Source: Cirrosporium novae-zelandiae
Taxonomy: Eukaryota
DNA: 64,000 nucleotides
Assembly (NCBI GenBank): GCA_026023565.1
Contig: JAPETS010000006.1
Location: forward strand, 744,001 to 808,000
Direction: 5' to 3'
The translations under genes were made by a program, and so were the position numbers. Below the pieces are notes generated by a model. That model was not told the DNA's origin. It did no database searches and saw only the letters and a list, made by a program, of their open reading frames with translations. Below are positions 26,358 to 40,841 of this stretch, in pieces; the stretch's first letter is position 1; the number at the start of each line of letters is the position of its first letter.

Positions 26358-27236
26358 TTAACACGTCAAGTTGTAAATGGTATTTCCATCACTATTCAAC
26401 ACGCCAAAGCTGGGACTAGCAGTCCAGTCCTGGAGGACATACCAGAAGATATGAACCTGCTCAAATGCTGCACAAGCAACCTCACTCCAATAAGTCTGGG
26501 CGTTCTCCACGCTCGCTACGGCCGCTCCCATGGTAGGACCGCTGACAGGCTCTCCGGTCTCGGTCACCCACACCCACGCTCCAGAGTGCACCTCGTTGAC
26601 GACATTGCGAACGGCGTTGATGCTGTCCCAGAAGGTGCTGGCCGAGGATTCGATTGACACGTCCTGGAAGTAGGGGTAGCCGTCCACGCCAATGAAGTCC
26701 GAGGCTACAGTAACATTGTCGTTGGAGCGGTCCACCCATGCGGTCCAGGTGTCAACGTGGCCAACCTCGATGCCCGCGGCGCCATTAGCCGAAAGCATGC
26801 CGCGGACATCGTAAATCTGGCTAGCGAGAGTATTTGGGTCTGTGTCGCCGCGGTAGAGATCCTCAGATCCGACAGAGCAGGCGAGCATCCAGCTGGAGCC
26901 GTACTTCTGGACTGCGCTAAGCAAGGCGGCCTTCTCGGCTTCGAAGTGGGCGTTATCTTCGGCCCATACGCCAGCGAGGAGCTTGACGCCTGCGGATAGC
27001 GCAGCGGGGATGGCGTTGACGAGGGTGTCGCAGTCGGAGGAGGCGTAGACACGGGCATAAGGGAAACCGCCTGGGAGGGACAGCATCTTTTGGAAATCCC
27101 AGAGCCAGTCGGCTTCGGTTTTGCAGGCGCCCGTGCTTGGGTTTGTGGCAGCCAAGTTGAAGCCCCGGTAGTATTGGGCGCTGGTTAGGGGGAGGAGGGG
27201 GGCCAGCGTCGTGAGGAGGTGGATGAGCTTCGTCAT
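26358..27236 (-). CDS. Secreted GH17 beta-1,3-glucanase / glucanosyltransferase (EglC-like catalytic domain), intronless
   Basis: Signal peptide, GFN, VGSEDLYR, VGHVDTWTAW, DGYPYFQ, VWVTETG.PVSG, ends YNLTC. Confidence 0.9.
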   Translation of the reverse strand: MTKLIHLLTTLAPLLPLTSAQYYRGFNLAATNPSTGACKTEADWLWDFQKMLSLPGGFPYARVYASSDCDTLVNAIPAALSAGVKLLAGVWAEDNAHFEAEKAALLSAVQKYGSSWMLACSVGSEDLYRGDTDPNTLASQIYDVRGMLSANGAAGIEVGHVDTWTAWVDRSNDNVTVASDFIGVDGYPYFQDVSIESSASTFWDSINAVRNVVNEVHSGAWVWVTETGEPVSGPTMGAAVASVENAQTYWSEVACAAFEQVHIFWYVLQDWTASPSFGVLNSDGNTIYNLTC

Positions 27237-28291
27237 TTTGGTTGGTTGGTTAGGTTTGGTCTGTCTACTTGAGGTGAGCTGTCATGTCTCGAGAGGGGGG
27301 GCGTTCCAGTTGAATGGCTTATCCCGATGAAGTGTCTGAAGGTGATGCCGTTTCTGGGTAAATAAAAAAGGTCACTTACTAGGATTGTGGAGTTGATTAT
27401 ATAGATGAGAGATATCTCCGAAGAGAATTTAGGAAAGGAGAAGGAATTATTCTATGGATTAAGACTCCAGAAAAGGGTATCTCAATGGATTATGGAAGCG
27501 ATCGTATATAGGTAATAGAAAGATACACAAGTATGAAAGTAGAGAAGAGGAAACGAGAGATTCCTTAGAGTGTATGTGTAGAGGAATGTATGTTCAAAGT
27601 AGGTCAGGAAATGGAAGACTCTGATGAATACTTTGAAAGAATGAGAGGGGTAGAAATAGAAATAGAAGGAGGATGGAGAGGAAGGTAAATTAAGGTAACT
27701 TTTATTTAATCTTATAATCACCCTTCTTCCTAGCCCTTCCTTTCCCATACCCACTGCACCGTTCCTGTCTGTGTGTAATTGGAAGATTAAATGGCCACTC
27801 TATTTCTAGGTCGGATACAGCGGACGCTCTTATGACGAGGGGGATGGTTTACCCAGTTCAGATCCCACTCAGCCGATCAACAGCAAACGAAATTTGAGTA
27901 CACAACTATACCTGTTTATTGCCCTAATTCATCGTTTACATGAGAAAATGAATATGTAAGAAGAGTTTGGGGAGGGAAAACATTGCCAATGAACGAAAAG
28001 GAACAAACTGATAATGTTAAAGGACATGTTTCGCTGGATCAGCGAGACAAAGATACAAAACAATTTTTTGTTGGTGGTTGTTAACTGTGCCCTTTTTTTT
28101 TCCTGCAAGGTACATAAACGTTGTACTACATCAAACAAGCCAAACCTGGGCTGGCTAGGAACGGGCGTAAGAAACTTGTACGGATACAAATGGGATGTTC
28201 AACCTTTTCTTCCATTCGTAGTATCCGAGAGAGGAATGATCTGTGTGTTCTCGTATTCTAAAAATAGTAATTAAGCCAAAAAAAATCGAAT

Positions 28292-28296
28292 TTCTT

Positions 28297-28326
<30 letters not shown>
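28292..28326. repeat. (TTC)n microsatellite, ~11-12 units
   Basis: Read directly from the sequence. Confidence 0.95.
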
Positions 28327-28328
<2 letters not shown>

Positions 28329-30340
28329 AATTGATGTGATTTTATTTTTATGTTTTATGTCCTTGAGAGGAGAAATGGAAAATGAAGGATCTGTATGAAT
28401 TATTGTTTGTCTGTATAATTTGTATTAAGTTGGTTGAAGGATGATACATCAAAGTTGGGTTGTTTGGATTGAAGCTTAAAGCTGATCGGTGGATCGCGCT
28501 ATAGTAAAGTTGGTGCCTGGGGAGTTCAATCGGCTTTTTAGTTCATCCCTACCGTTGAAGTTGTGATTTCGAGATGCCCTAATTCCCCAGAAGGTGTAAC
28601 CGAACCAATTAATGGCGGTCTCAGGAACTACCCAATTTCAGGAAATTATTGGTCCTTAGTCTAGTTCGTCGAGCTCAACATGTATCTACCTTAAGCTACT
28701 TTGTAGCAGACAGGGCTATTCGTTAAATTGGACTTATCTTAATAATCGACATGTCAAGACCACCGTTCTCTTGATTCAAAGTACCAAACACAAAATGTGC
28801 AGTAACTCAATCTCTTATCCTTGTGAGTATCTTGATCGTACTATTCATGATCCAATTAGTTGTGCTTTCAATCCATGTCAATATCATTAAAAGAATAAAT
28901 TGGCAACCCCACATATCCAATTCCCACTCATATCAAGGTTAAATGGTCCCCTATTCCTTTGTTAAGAGTTGTAACTCCTGCACCTTAGTTATCTTAAATC
29001 ATTTGTGTTGCTGATCCTGAAAATGACTTCAGTCACCTGTGTACAGGTCACCCGTACTCGCTGGAAAGAGAACTGTATAGCCTTGACATACACAAACTAG
29101 GTGAGACTACCATATCGCCATATTATGTGTCCTCTTCCGAGTCTAGGAATCAATCCCTAGGATGCGTCTTCGAATTCTCCCTCATGACAGCATAATGGAC
29201 ACAGACATCACCACCTTCGCTAGGAAGTATAGTTTTTGTTTCTGCAGTATAAAATGTCAGAAGGAATATCGACAATATTCACTGGATGGGAGCTTTCCCA
29301 GGCAAAACATTCCGGTCAAAGAGCAGCAGCTAAGCGCAGCTACTTCTCTGCTCTGGTGACATCTAGGAATAGAGTGTCGATGCCGTTGGGGGAATGAATG
29401 TCTGTCTGCAAGAGCACGGGTGATTGTGTAATTTTTGTCTCCGACAGAGTAGTTCTCTGTACCAAATGGTCAAATTCGGTTGACCACGCATTCGAGATAA
29501 TGATCTGCTTGGTCTAGAGACATGATCATTTTTTGAAGGATATCGGCTTGCTGTTGCGGAAGGGGGCGAATTTGTCGGACAACGGCGATGAAGTTTGGGG
29601 TTATCTAGAACTGATGCAGGCACTCTCATGTTTCGCCCGAGATATCTGAAAATGGGGTTGAGAATGTTCTGAATGATGGTAAAAGTTCATGTGACATGGG
29701 ACATGGAAGTGTTAGTGGTGGTGCTACAAGGCAAAGTTGTCGGATGTGGGGAAAGAGTAAAAGATAGACTGGTAACCGAATATACCCAAAGCTTGGATCT
29801 CAGATATTTAAGAATCTAAAACATCAAATCCAAGCGATGGCACTTTGCATACAAATAATCATTGCTGTCCGTTTGGAGTCTCTCCCTCGAATTTGAATTG
29901 TGCTTGCTGCTGTCCAGTCGAAAACTTGGGATGGCTCAATGGCTCAATGACTCGAGACTCAAAGGCTCGAAAGGTTCAAAAGGTTCAAAAGGTTCAAAGC
30001 TCGTCGAAGGAGCTAGAGAGATCTTGGCATAGTAGAAACCGTTGCTCCCTCCACGATGACTTCAAACTCAAGATTTGTGAAACAATCAAAGCGTTTAAAG
30101 CGCAAAGGTTGTTCTTCAGCATGTAGCCCTGAATGAACTATATAAAAGGTCCCCCATGTCGAAATTAAAACTTTCCTTTGGCTACTAATTAAAGTACGGT
30201 GCTGTTTTCAAGATATGAAGGCGTTTAAAAAAGCAAAATGATAACACCACATTTCTTGTAAGGCGCACGGTACAGACGTTTCGTGACTTAGGCTATAGCA
30301 GCCGCATCTGCATCACGAGGATGAGAGAGGTGTTTGGCTC

Positions 30341-30342
<2 letters not shown>

Positions 30343-30399
<57 letters not shown>

Positions 30400-30424
30400 G
30401 CCTATCTGCCTATCTGTCTATCTG
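30343..30424. repeat. (TGTC)n microsatellite, ~14 perfect units plus a degenerate tail
   Basis: Read directly from the sequence. Confidence 0.95.
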
Positions 30425-31166
30425 CGTTCCATCTTCTTTCCAATTGAGAAGGGCATCCAGTGGAAAGATTTATTAGCTTCTTTTCAAATTCAACAATTAA
30501 GCATATATCTTCGGAACTGATCTTCAGGCGAGCAATTGGTCATGTTTTATTACATTCTTCACCAAGAGGCCTCGGCCCTTTTTGTTTTGGAGGAAGGAAT
30601 AACAAAGTAACTGCCAACGAACATGTAACGCTGGGATACCCTGTCTTGATTTAAGTGCCGGAGCTGAGGGGTGAGGGGGGGGGGACTAGGCATGATCCAG
30701 AAGGAATTTTGAAAAAAAAAACAAAAAACAAAAAAGAATTATTAGACTAACAAAAAAACAAACAAACAGTTGATACTTTCGGCACTTTCTTTTCCTTTCA
30801 GTCTTTGAATTTTCAATTATTAGTTACAAGGTTTTGTTGTAAGTTGTAGTCATGATTCATTACCCTCTCACTTAACCCCCCCCCCCAATCATGCTGAAAC
30901 TGTACGTCGGAGATACTCGTGGGACAACGTGCTTGTTCAAAGCCAATTGCCCGTATTTCCCCATTTTCTAGATTGCAATTAATTAAATCCAAGAGCTTCA
31001 AGCTTGTTACAGACTTTAACTTAGACATTCAATTGGCAATTCCGGCTATCCGCAGGCTGTAAATAAAAGACCAGAAAAGTATTCAGAAATTAAGGTACAT
31101 ATCCGTAACTGCCAGATGAACGGCGGCTGAGACAGAAACACTCAGGCCCCCCTCCACCCTCCTCCC

Positions 31167-31241
31167 AGTTAGTTACTTAGTTACTTAGTTACCTAGTTAC
31201 CTAGTTACCAAGTTACCTAGTTAACCCAGTTACCAAGTTAC
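31167..31241. repeat. 8-bp tandem repeat (TAGTTACY), ~9 units
   Basis: agttacttagttacttagttacctagttacctagttacc... Confidence 0.9.
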
Positions 31242-31848
31242 TTTCAGTTCCCGTCACGAATCAGCTTTGAAAGGAAAGACCCCTAGACAGCAACAGTCTT
31301 TGGGCGCTGCTTGGAAGGCGGGCCGCTATACTGATGCCGCAGATTACCCTGTGGTCCCTTATGCAGCTGGAAAAGATCAGAAGAGATTTTTGTTGTTGAG
31401 CGATCGGAGAAAGAAGGGAATATTGATTTTCTTTCCCTGTCTTTTTTTCTTTCTTTCGTAATCATCACTCATTCTCCATGTAGCTAGGTAATCAATCAAT
31501 CTATCAATCAGCCCCAGGGGGGAATGGTATCAGATTTCCTCCATTGGCGGTTGGTTTGGATGGCTTGATACTTTCCCAGGACTTCCAGGACTTCCAGGGC
31601 TTTCAGGACGTTCTTGGACAAGGACATTAGATATATGCGCTGAGAAATTTCTGGGATTTCTATTTTGGCAGTACACTTCTTTGCTGGGATGGTGATTGTC
31701 AAGGATGCGACAGCCGGCAACAGCCAGTAGACTCAAATAAATCAAGTGAAAAAATAAAAAGTCCCGAAAATTGGGTCTCGCAATGATTTAGTTGGTCAAG
31801 CAATGCCCAGCATCTGTTTAGCCCCCCTTCAGAAAAACGTCCATTGTA

Positions 31849-32047
31849 GCCCAAGTAATAGCCCAAGTCGCCCATGTAGCCCAAGTATCCCAAGTATCCC
31901 AAGTATCCCAAGTCGCCCAAGTAAAAAAGTAGCCCACTGTAGCCTGCCCACCGTACGTCCTGTGTGTGTCCTGAAGTCTGTGGAGTCCACTGTAGTCCAC
32001 TGTAGGCGGTAGATTTGTCGTCTACTACTATACTCTAGTCCACTGTA
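31849..32047. repeat. 9-bp (CCCAAGTAT-like) and 10-bp (GTCCACTGTA) tandem/dispersed repeats
   Basis: Read directly from the sequence, upstream of the PAK kinase. Confidence 0.85.
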
Positions 32048-32396
32048 AACCACTAGGTAAGTTAATGGACTTTAAGGGAGAAAGTCTTCCCTTCATCTTG
32101 GCTTGATCAAATGGCCGGTACTATACCTGAATTGCCGTAGCGGATTCCCTCTCTCCAGAAGGCAGCTCCAGATTGTGACAAAGCCCCCCCCCCCAAGAAG
32201 CCCACTTCCATCTCAACAGCAATCGAGACTAGATAACGAACAAAATACATATTTGAATGTTGTTGAGCCCTTCTTTCCAATTTATTTGTCGCGTTACTGT
32301 TGTACGCGCTACCCCGCGTTAGACCTTTCTGAGCACCCATCTCAACGTTCCGCCGCCTACCACTCTCGGCGGCTATCTCCATTCCACTTTTGGATC

Positions 32397-35244
<2,848 letters not shown>

Positions 35245-36203
35245 TATCGCCATGGTTTATTATGTTGCATAATCTGGGAGTCTTTGTTGACAGGGAAGGA
35301 AGTGCGAGGAAGAGGCAATGTCCCTCATTTGGGGAATGGAATGACTCGCAGGCGTTTGTGTGGTACCTATGACAACTCTTCACAAAAATCAGGAATCGAA
35401 GGCGCACGATGTCATGACGCGGTTTTCTCAATGATGGCGACGGGCTATACATGATCGCCCTGGATATGGATACATGAAGTGAGTCCATGCTTCAGCTGAG
35501 CTGCGAATGGATTATGACATTGTCTTCGACTGGAAGGAATCCCCTATGGTCGGTAAGAAATATGAATGGCCATGGATAGAGGAATGGTATTTCCATTGCA
35601 GAAGACTCTATGCTGACAACAACGACACCAATAACAATTACGACGTGCTTTTTATGAGCTTCATGTTCTTTATCTCCTAGGATAGGATGTTAAGGAATCT
35701 AAACATTTTTCTTCTACATGTTCTTGGAGAGGAGTAAATAGCTCTGAAAGGAACTTGAAGGATATTAGGATTTGAGACACCTTAAGATCATATGGTGGAC
35801 TTGGTCCATGGACTGCAGGCTCCTGTTGTTAAATAGTATTGGTGGATGGTAACATGCTGTACAGCTCTTTTATAAGAAGTGTAGGTATTTAAGACATTAG
35901 AAGGTCCCTCGGTCCTGAGTGACTGGTGTGAATGAGTGAACAAATGAAAAAGCATGTGACACAATGGTGCGCCACAATAATTAATGAACAGACTCGTACG
36001 TTCGTACTCGCATATTTTTTTAGCCACACACAAGCCACAGCTTGCACCCCAAAATGACGAAGCTGTTTGAATAGCTGGGGCAACTGTAAGTTCAACTTTC
36101 CTTTCAGATCAGGCACCAGAAATCTTACAACTTTCTCTTCCCCTAAGATCTTCTCCTTCCTTTAGATATCTTCAAACAATTTTCCGATCCAAGAGACAGT
36201 ATA

Positions 36204-38574
36204 ATGTTTCGTGCGCAACAGAACGTGTTTGACGATGTCGTCGGTAAGTATTAATGCAATTGCCTCGTTTAATTACTAGACTGACAATATAACAGCGAAG
36301 GCGACCGACGAGAACCTAACTTCGGAGAACTGGGAATACATACTGGTATGATGGCAATGCATTGTTGTTTACTGCTTCTTGATCAATACCATCATGCGCA
36401 TCATCATCATCGATAGGCCTTGGGAATTTACGCCAACTGAGATGGAGGCTCACCATCGATCCCTCCATCGGTGACGATCTCATGATGGTGTTGATCCAGG
36501 ATCAGCGAACGTTATTTTATATTCGTTATGTTGAATACCATACTGAGATGCCCTAGGATGTTTGCGACAAGGTTGCTGCAGAAGACACTGGGTACGTTCT
36601 TTTACAATGGCGAAAAACGACCACCAGCTTACTCTTTGACTTTGTATAGAGCTAAAGATGCCGTGTCTTCTATGATCAAACGGTTAGGGCACCGTAATGC
36701 CAACGTCCAATTATATACCCTGGAGGTCGGATACACTTCCGGGAATCATGTCGGACAGAGCTGACATTTATTTAGCTAGCAAATGCCCTCTCACAAAACT
36801 GTGGCGCGAAAATTCATAGGGAATTGGCGTCGCGAAGTTTTACGGATGCTATGTTACGATTAGCAAATGATAGGGTGAGTAGAGATGGGCAGCGGCGGTC
36901 TACCCTCTTTTCATCACTAACGGGAACTAGAACACCCACCAGCAAGTCAAAACCAAGATCCTAGAAAGGATGGAAGAATGGACGGAGATGTTCTCAAGTA
37001 ATCCTGACTTTGGAATTATGGAACAAGCGTATATGAAACTCAAGTCCACGAGTACGTCGTATTCCAACACTTTCACATTATATCTAACAGAATTAGACCC
37101 CAACCTTCACCCTCCTCCGCAGCCAGCGAAACAACAAATTACAGAAGTTGATCGGAGGAAGGAAGAGGAGGAACTGCAAATGGCACTTGCGCTTTCTTTG
37201 AAGGATAAGAGCCCTGCTGGTGCATCATCGTCGAAACCTGTAGAAGCAGCATCCACACCTAAAGCCGAGCTCCCTGCAAATACCATCCAACCTATGCCTT
37301 CTGGTACTACAGCTGCTACTGTATCTCGAGTCCGTGCACTGTATGACTTCCAACCGTCTGAACCTGGCGAGTTGCAGTTTCGGAAAGGAGATATTATAGC
37401 AGTTCTCGAATCTGTTTATAAGGACTGGTGGAAGGGCTCCTTGCGGGGCCAGACTGGAATCTTCCCTCTAAACTATGTGGAGAAGCTACAAGATCCAACT
37501 CAGGCGGAATTACAACGGGAGGCCCAGATGGAAGCCGAAGTCTTTGCGGAAATCAAAAACGTTGAGAAACTTTTGACATTGTTAAGTACAAGCAGCGCCG
37601 ACCTCAACGTCAGGGATAACGAGGAAATATCATCTCTATATTCTTCTACTGTGGCTATCCGACCAAAATTGATTGAACTTATTGGGAAATATTCGCAGAA
37701 GAAGGGCAAGTTCCTCCATCCTGGACTCTCGATCTTTGACGTCTACTGACAATGGTTGTCACAGACGACTTTACACAACTCAATGAGAAATTTATAAAGG
37801 CCAGAAGAGATTACGAGGCCCTTTTAGAGAGTTCGATGGCACAACCCCCACAGCCAAATTGGGGCCGCCCAGGTCCCAGCCAACCTTCTTATGCTTATCC
37901 TAGTTCTGGAGGCCCGTCACAAGGATACCCCCAAGATCCGCAGAGATTTTATAGTCCCCGCCCACAAGGTATTTGAATATTCCAAATTGTCTATTGAAAC
38001 TTGGATTGACCGATCCTAAGACCAAGATCCTTCCGCTCCTCCTCGCAATGGCCCGGCCCCCTTCTATGTCGTCGGCCAGCAACAACCACCCTATCCTCCA
38101 ACCAGCGGCCCACAGGTTGATCCTCGTGGACGCACGCCCTCAGGAAGTCGTCCTTCTGACCCCTATACCCAGCATCAACGACCCAAATCTACGTACGAGA
38201 CACCACAGGAACTCTCAGCATATGCCTCTCCCATCGATACAAGACCAAAAAGTCAATCTCCTGAGCTTAGACACTCCTACCTACCACAGGCACAACAGGC
38301 TCCACCGCCTCAGGCACAAAAACCAGCACAAGTGCCAGAACAAACACCAGAACAAGCGCCAGGGCAGCAGCCATTGGCTCAGGCCGAGCCACCTCAGCCA
38401 AGTCATCAACCTCCATCTGTACCGAGCCCTGGCCCACTCGGTCTCACCCAACATTCGGCCTACCCCGTCCTAGGAACTCAGGGTGCTGGTGGGTACCAGG
38501 CATATTCGAGGCCGCAGTATGCGCCACCTAGGGCACAAGCAACCCAGGGAGATGGGAGTGACTTTTATAGATAA
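36204..38574 (+). CDS. HSE1: ESCRT-0 subunit Hse1/STAM (VHS, UIM, SH3, GAT, Pro/Gln-rich tail), multi-exon
   Basis: KATDENLTSENWEYIL|DVCDKV, HRNANVQLYTL, UIM EEEELQMALALSL, SH3 VRALYDF...WWKG...GIFPLNYV. Confidence 0.95.
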
Positions 38575-39140
38575 GTGGGAGAATACAGGCCCATAAATGC
38601 TTTAGCTATGGTGGTGGGAGCCAGAACAGTTTGAGGGGGAATGCCATCAGTGGAGGTATTTTGATTTTGCATACCTTTTTGACATCGGTGGGAGTATGAT
38701 ACCTGCTGCTACTTTGTGTGATTTAGTAGCTGCTAACCAATAGCGTTGATAAGTTTAATGCACCACATCGATATAACATTCCCATGCCTTATAAATTATG
38801 TAGATTGTTCTGTCCACTTTCCTGGGATGTGCATGACCGGATTTCTATTTCCCCTTCATTCGACAATCATCAGCAGTAGAAAAAATGCAGACGCCTAAAG
38901 TGTGGATGCATGACACTCTCAGAATCCCATTGCACATGCACATCTAGCTCATTTAATCTTCATCAATATCATAAAATTCCTCTCTGCCTCCATGGCCATC
39001 CATCATATACTTTCCCCTAGTAGTCTCTCTTTCTTTCTTCCATACACAAAACTACGACCGGATCAATAAATTGGTCCATAGACAAGCCCCGGCCGAAAAA
39101 TGCAGCAAGAAAGAATGAAAAAACCTTCCCCTCAGATTTC

Positions 39141-39826
39141 TCATTTATCAGATCGGGCTTCTAGATACTTATACGCGCCGAACGCAATGGCACCGAGAGC
39201 GACTACCACGGCGTACATGCCCACGCCTGCGCCGGTGTTGGCGGATTTGCCGTTGGGGACGCTGACGCTGGAGGGATTGGCTTTGGGAATTGGGTCACCA
39301 GGCTATCGAGGGAAATATTAGTTACATGGCAAAAAATGGACCAGGGTGAGGGCGAATGGATGAAGGATGACTGAGGAATTCAAGTATTGCTGTACCTGTC
39401 TCTTGAGGTTTCCGACCAGTAGGCCTTCTAGGATCTCGCGGGCTTCATCGCTGTGACCGACATCTTCGAATGCTTCAGTTGAGTCTTGGCCGCCGACGTC
39501 GAGGAGAACTTCTTCTCCACCGCTGTTAGGAGGTGCATTGAGGTGTTAGCTGATTTCGTTCGCTTTCTTGATAGGTTCAAAAGTGGGGAGTGGGGGATGG
39601 AGAAACCCTGGAGAAGGATTTTGTTGGGTTGTGTTGGGGGGGGGGGGGGGGGGGGGGGTGAGCGTTGGATCAGAGAGTAAGCATTATTCGTAAGAACGTA
39701 CGGATGCTCGTCAACGAATGAAGTGACATCGTAGACTTTGTCGTGAATTATAACCAGAAGATCTTTCTTTCCAGCGTGTTCAGATACCTCTGCAAAGGTG
39801 TATTCCTTGGTGGTTGTGGCAGACAT
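39141..39826 (-). CDS. CYB5: Cytochrome b5, three exons, C-terminal membrane anchor
   Basis: [46 protein letters not shown] (heme-ligating HPGG and GHS); tail [20 protein letters not shown]. Confidence 0.95.
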
Positions 39827-40841
39827 TTTTTTTTTTTTGGTTGGTATGGATGATGAATGGTGAGGGGGGGAGTAATTGTTGATTAGATAGATTAGAGGAA
39901 GAAGACGGAGGTTTCCTGGAATTTGAGAAAAAGTCAAGTGCGCGCACAAGCAATAAGAGCTGATGCAATGCTCGTCGGGGGGTATAATGTATGGAGAGAG
40001 GAGTTTCTATTTTTTTATTTGGATGGAGAAGAGAGGATAATGAAGAAGCAGAAAGGAATGGAGATATTGATTGATTTGATTGACTTTTGGGACTTGTTTA
40101 GTTTCTTGGAAAAGACCTTTAAATATGAAAGTTGAAGGGTGTCTTGGTTCAGAGGAAGGTGTGGAATAAAATAATGCCAAAGCAAAAAAGTGGTTTGTAG
40201 CCAATCAGAACATTGGGAAGTAATCCATTTTCGGCTTCGGAAAAAGTTTCCCGGAATCGAAAGACTTCGCAGTCCTGGACTTGTTTTTCTCTTTTTCTCT
40301 CTCTTTGAAGGATGTTCTTGAATAGTTCTTAGATATCTGATCCAGCGGAACTAAACTAACTATGTCAATTTCTTCCTCTTGACTCATCATCATCATCATC
40401 ATCATCATCAATACCGTCGTCATCATCACCAGTCAAATATTCCAACTTCTCAGATAGCCTTACACCCTTACACTCCTCCAATAATAAATATAGTCGACTC
40501 ATTGATCCGACGAAGAAAATAGGCGAGAACCACGACGACCAAAAATGTAGATATCTACATGCACAATATTCGATATCTATTGCAGTATATAGGAACTTGT
40601 CGGGCATTATCAAATGCGATATCGGCGATAACGGATCTAATAATGAAGCCAAATCCCCTCTTCCACTCCAGATTCAGCTCTTACGTCTTGGCGTTTTTTA
40701 GTCGTTATTTCATTTGATGATGCTGTGATTCTGACTGATCGAACTGACCAAATTCTCCCCCAGCTTTGCTCTCATTCCTTATTCATCCTTCTTAAAAGCC
40801 TTAGAATAGATTTCTAAATGGATTCAGAGTGTTGAGCAACC

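Noticed and set aside
31167..31925. CRISPR-like or telomeric array
   Set aside because: The repeats have no spacers, the DNA is eukaryotic, and the unit is not TTAGGG.
31803..32053. ORFs with repetitive peptides (GYLGYL, TWDTWD, GILGIL)
   Set aside because: They are translation artefacts of a 9-bp tandem repeat.
36430..36512. TPP-riboswitch-like words (CTGAGA ... TTGATC ... GCGAA) in the HSE1 intron
   Set aside because: Spacing does not fit the aptamer, the P5/L5 (UAAU) loop is missing, and the host gene is unrelated to thiamine.
39636..39658. Long G run giving a poly-Pro/poly-Gly ORF
   Set aside because: It lies inside cytochrome b5 intron 1 and is a simple homopolymer.
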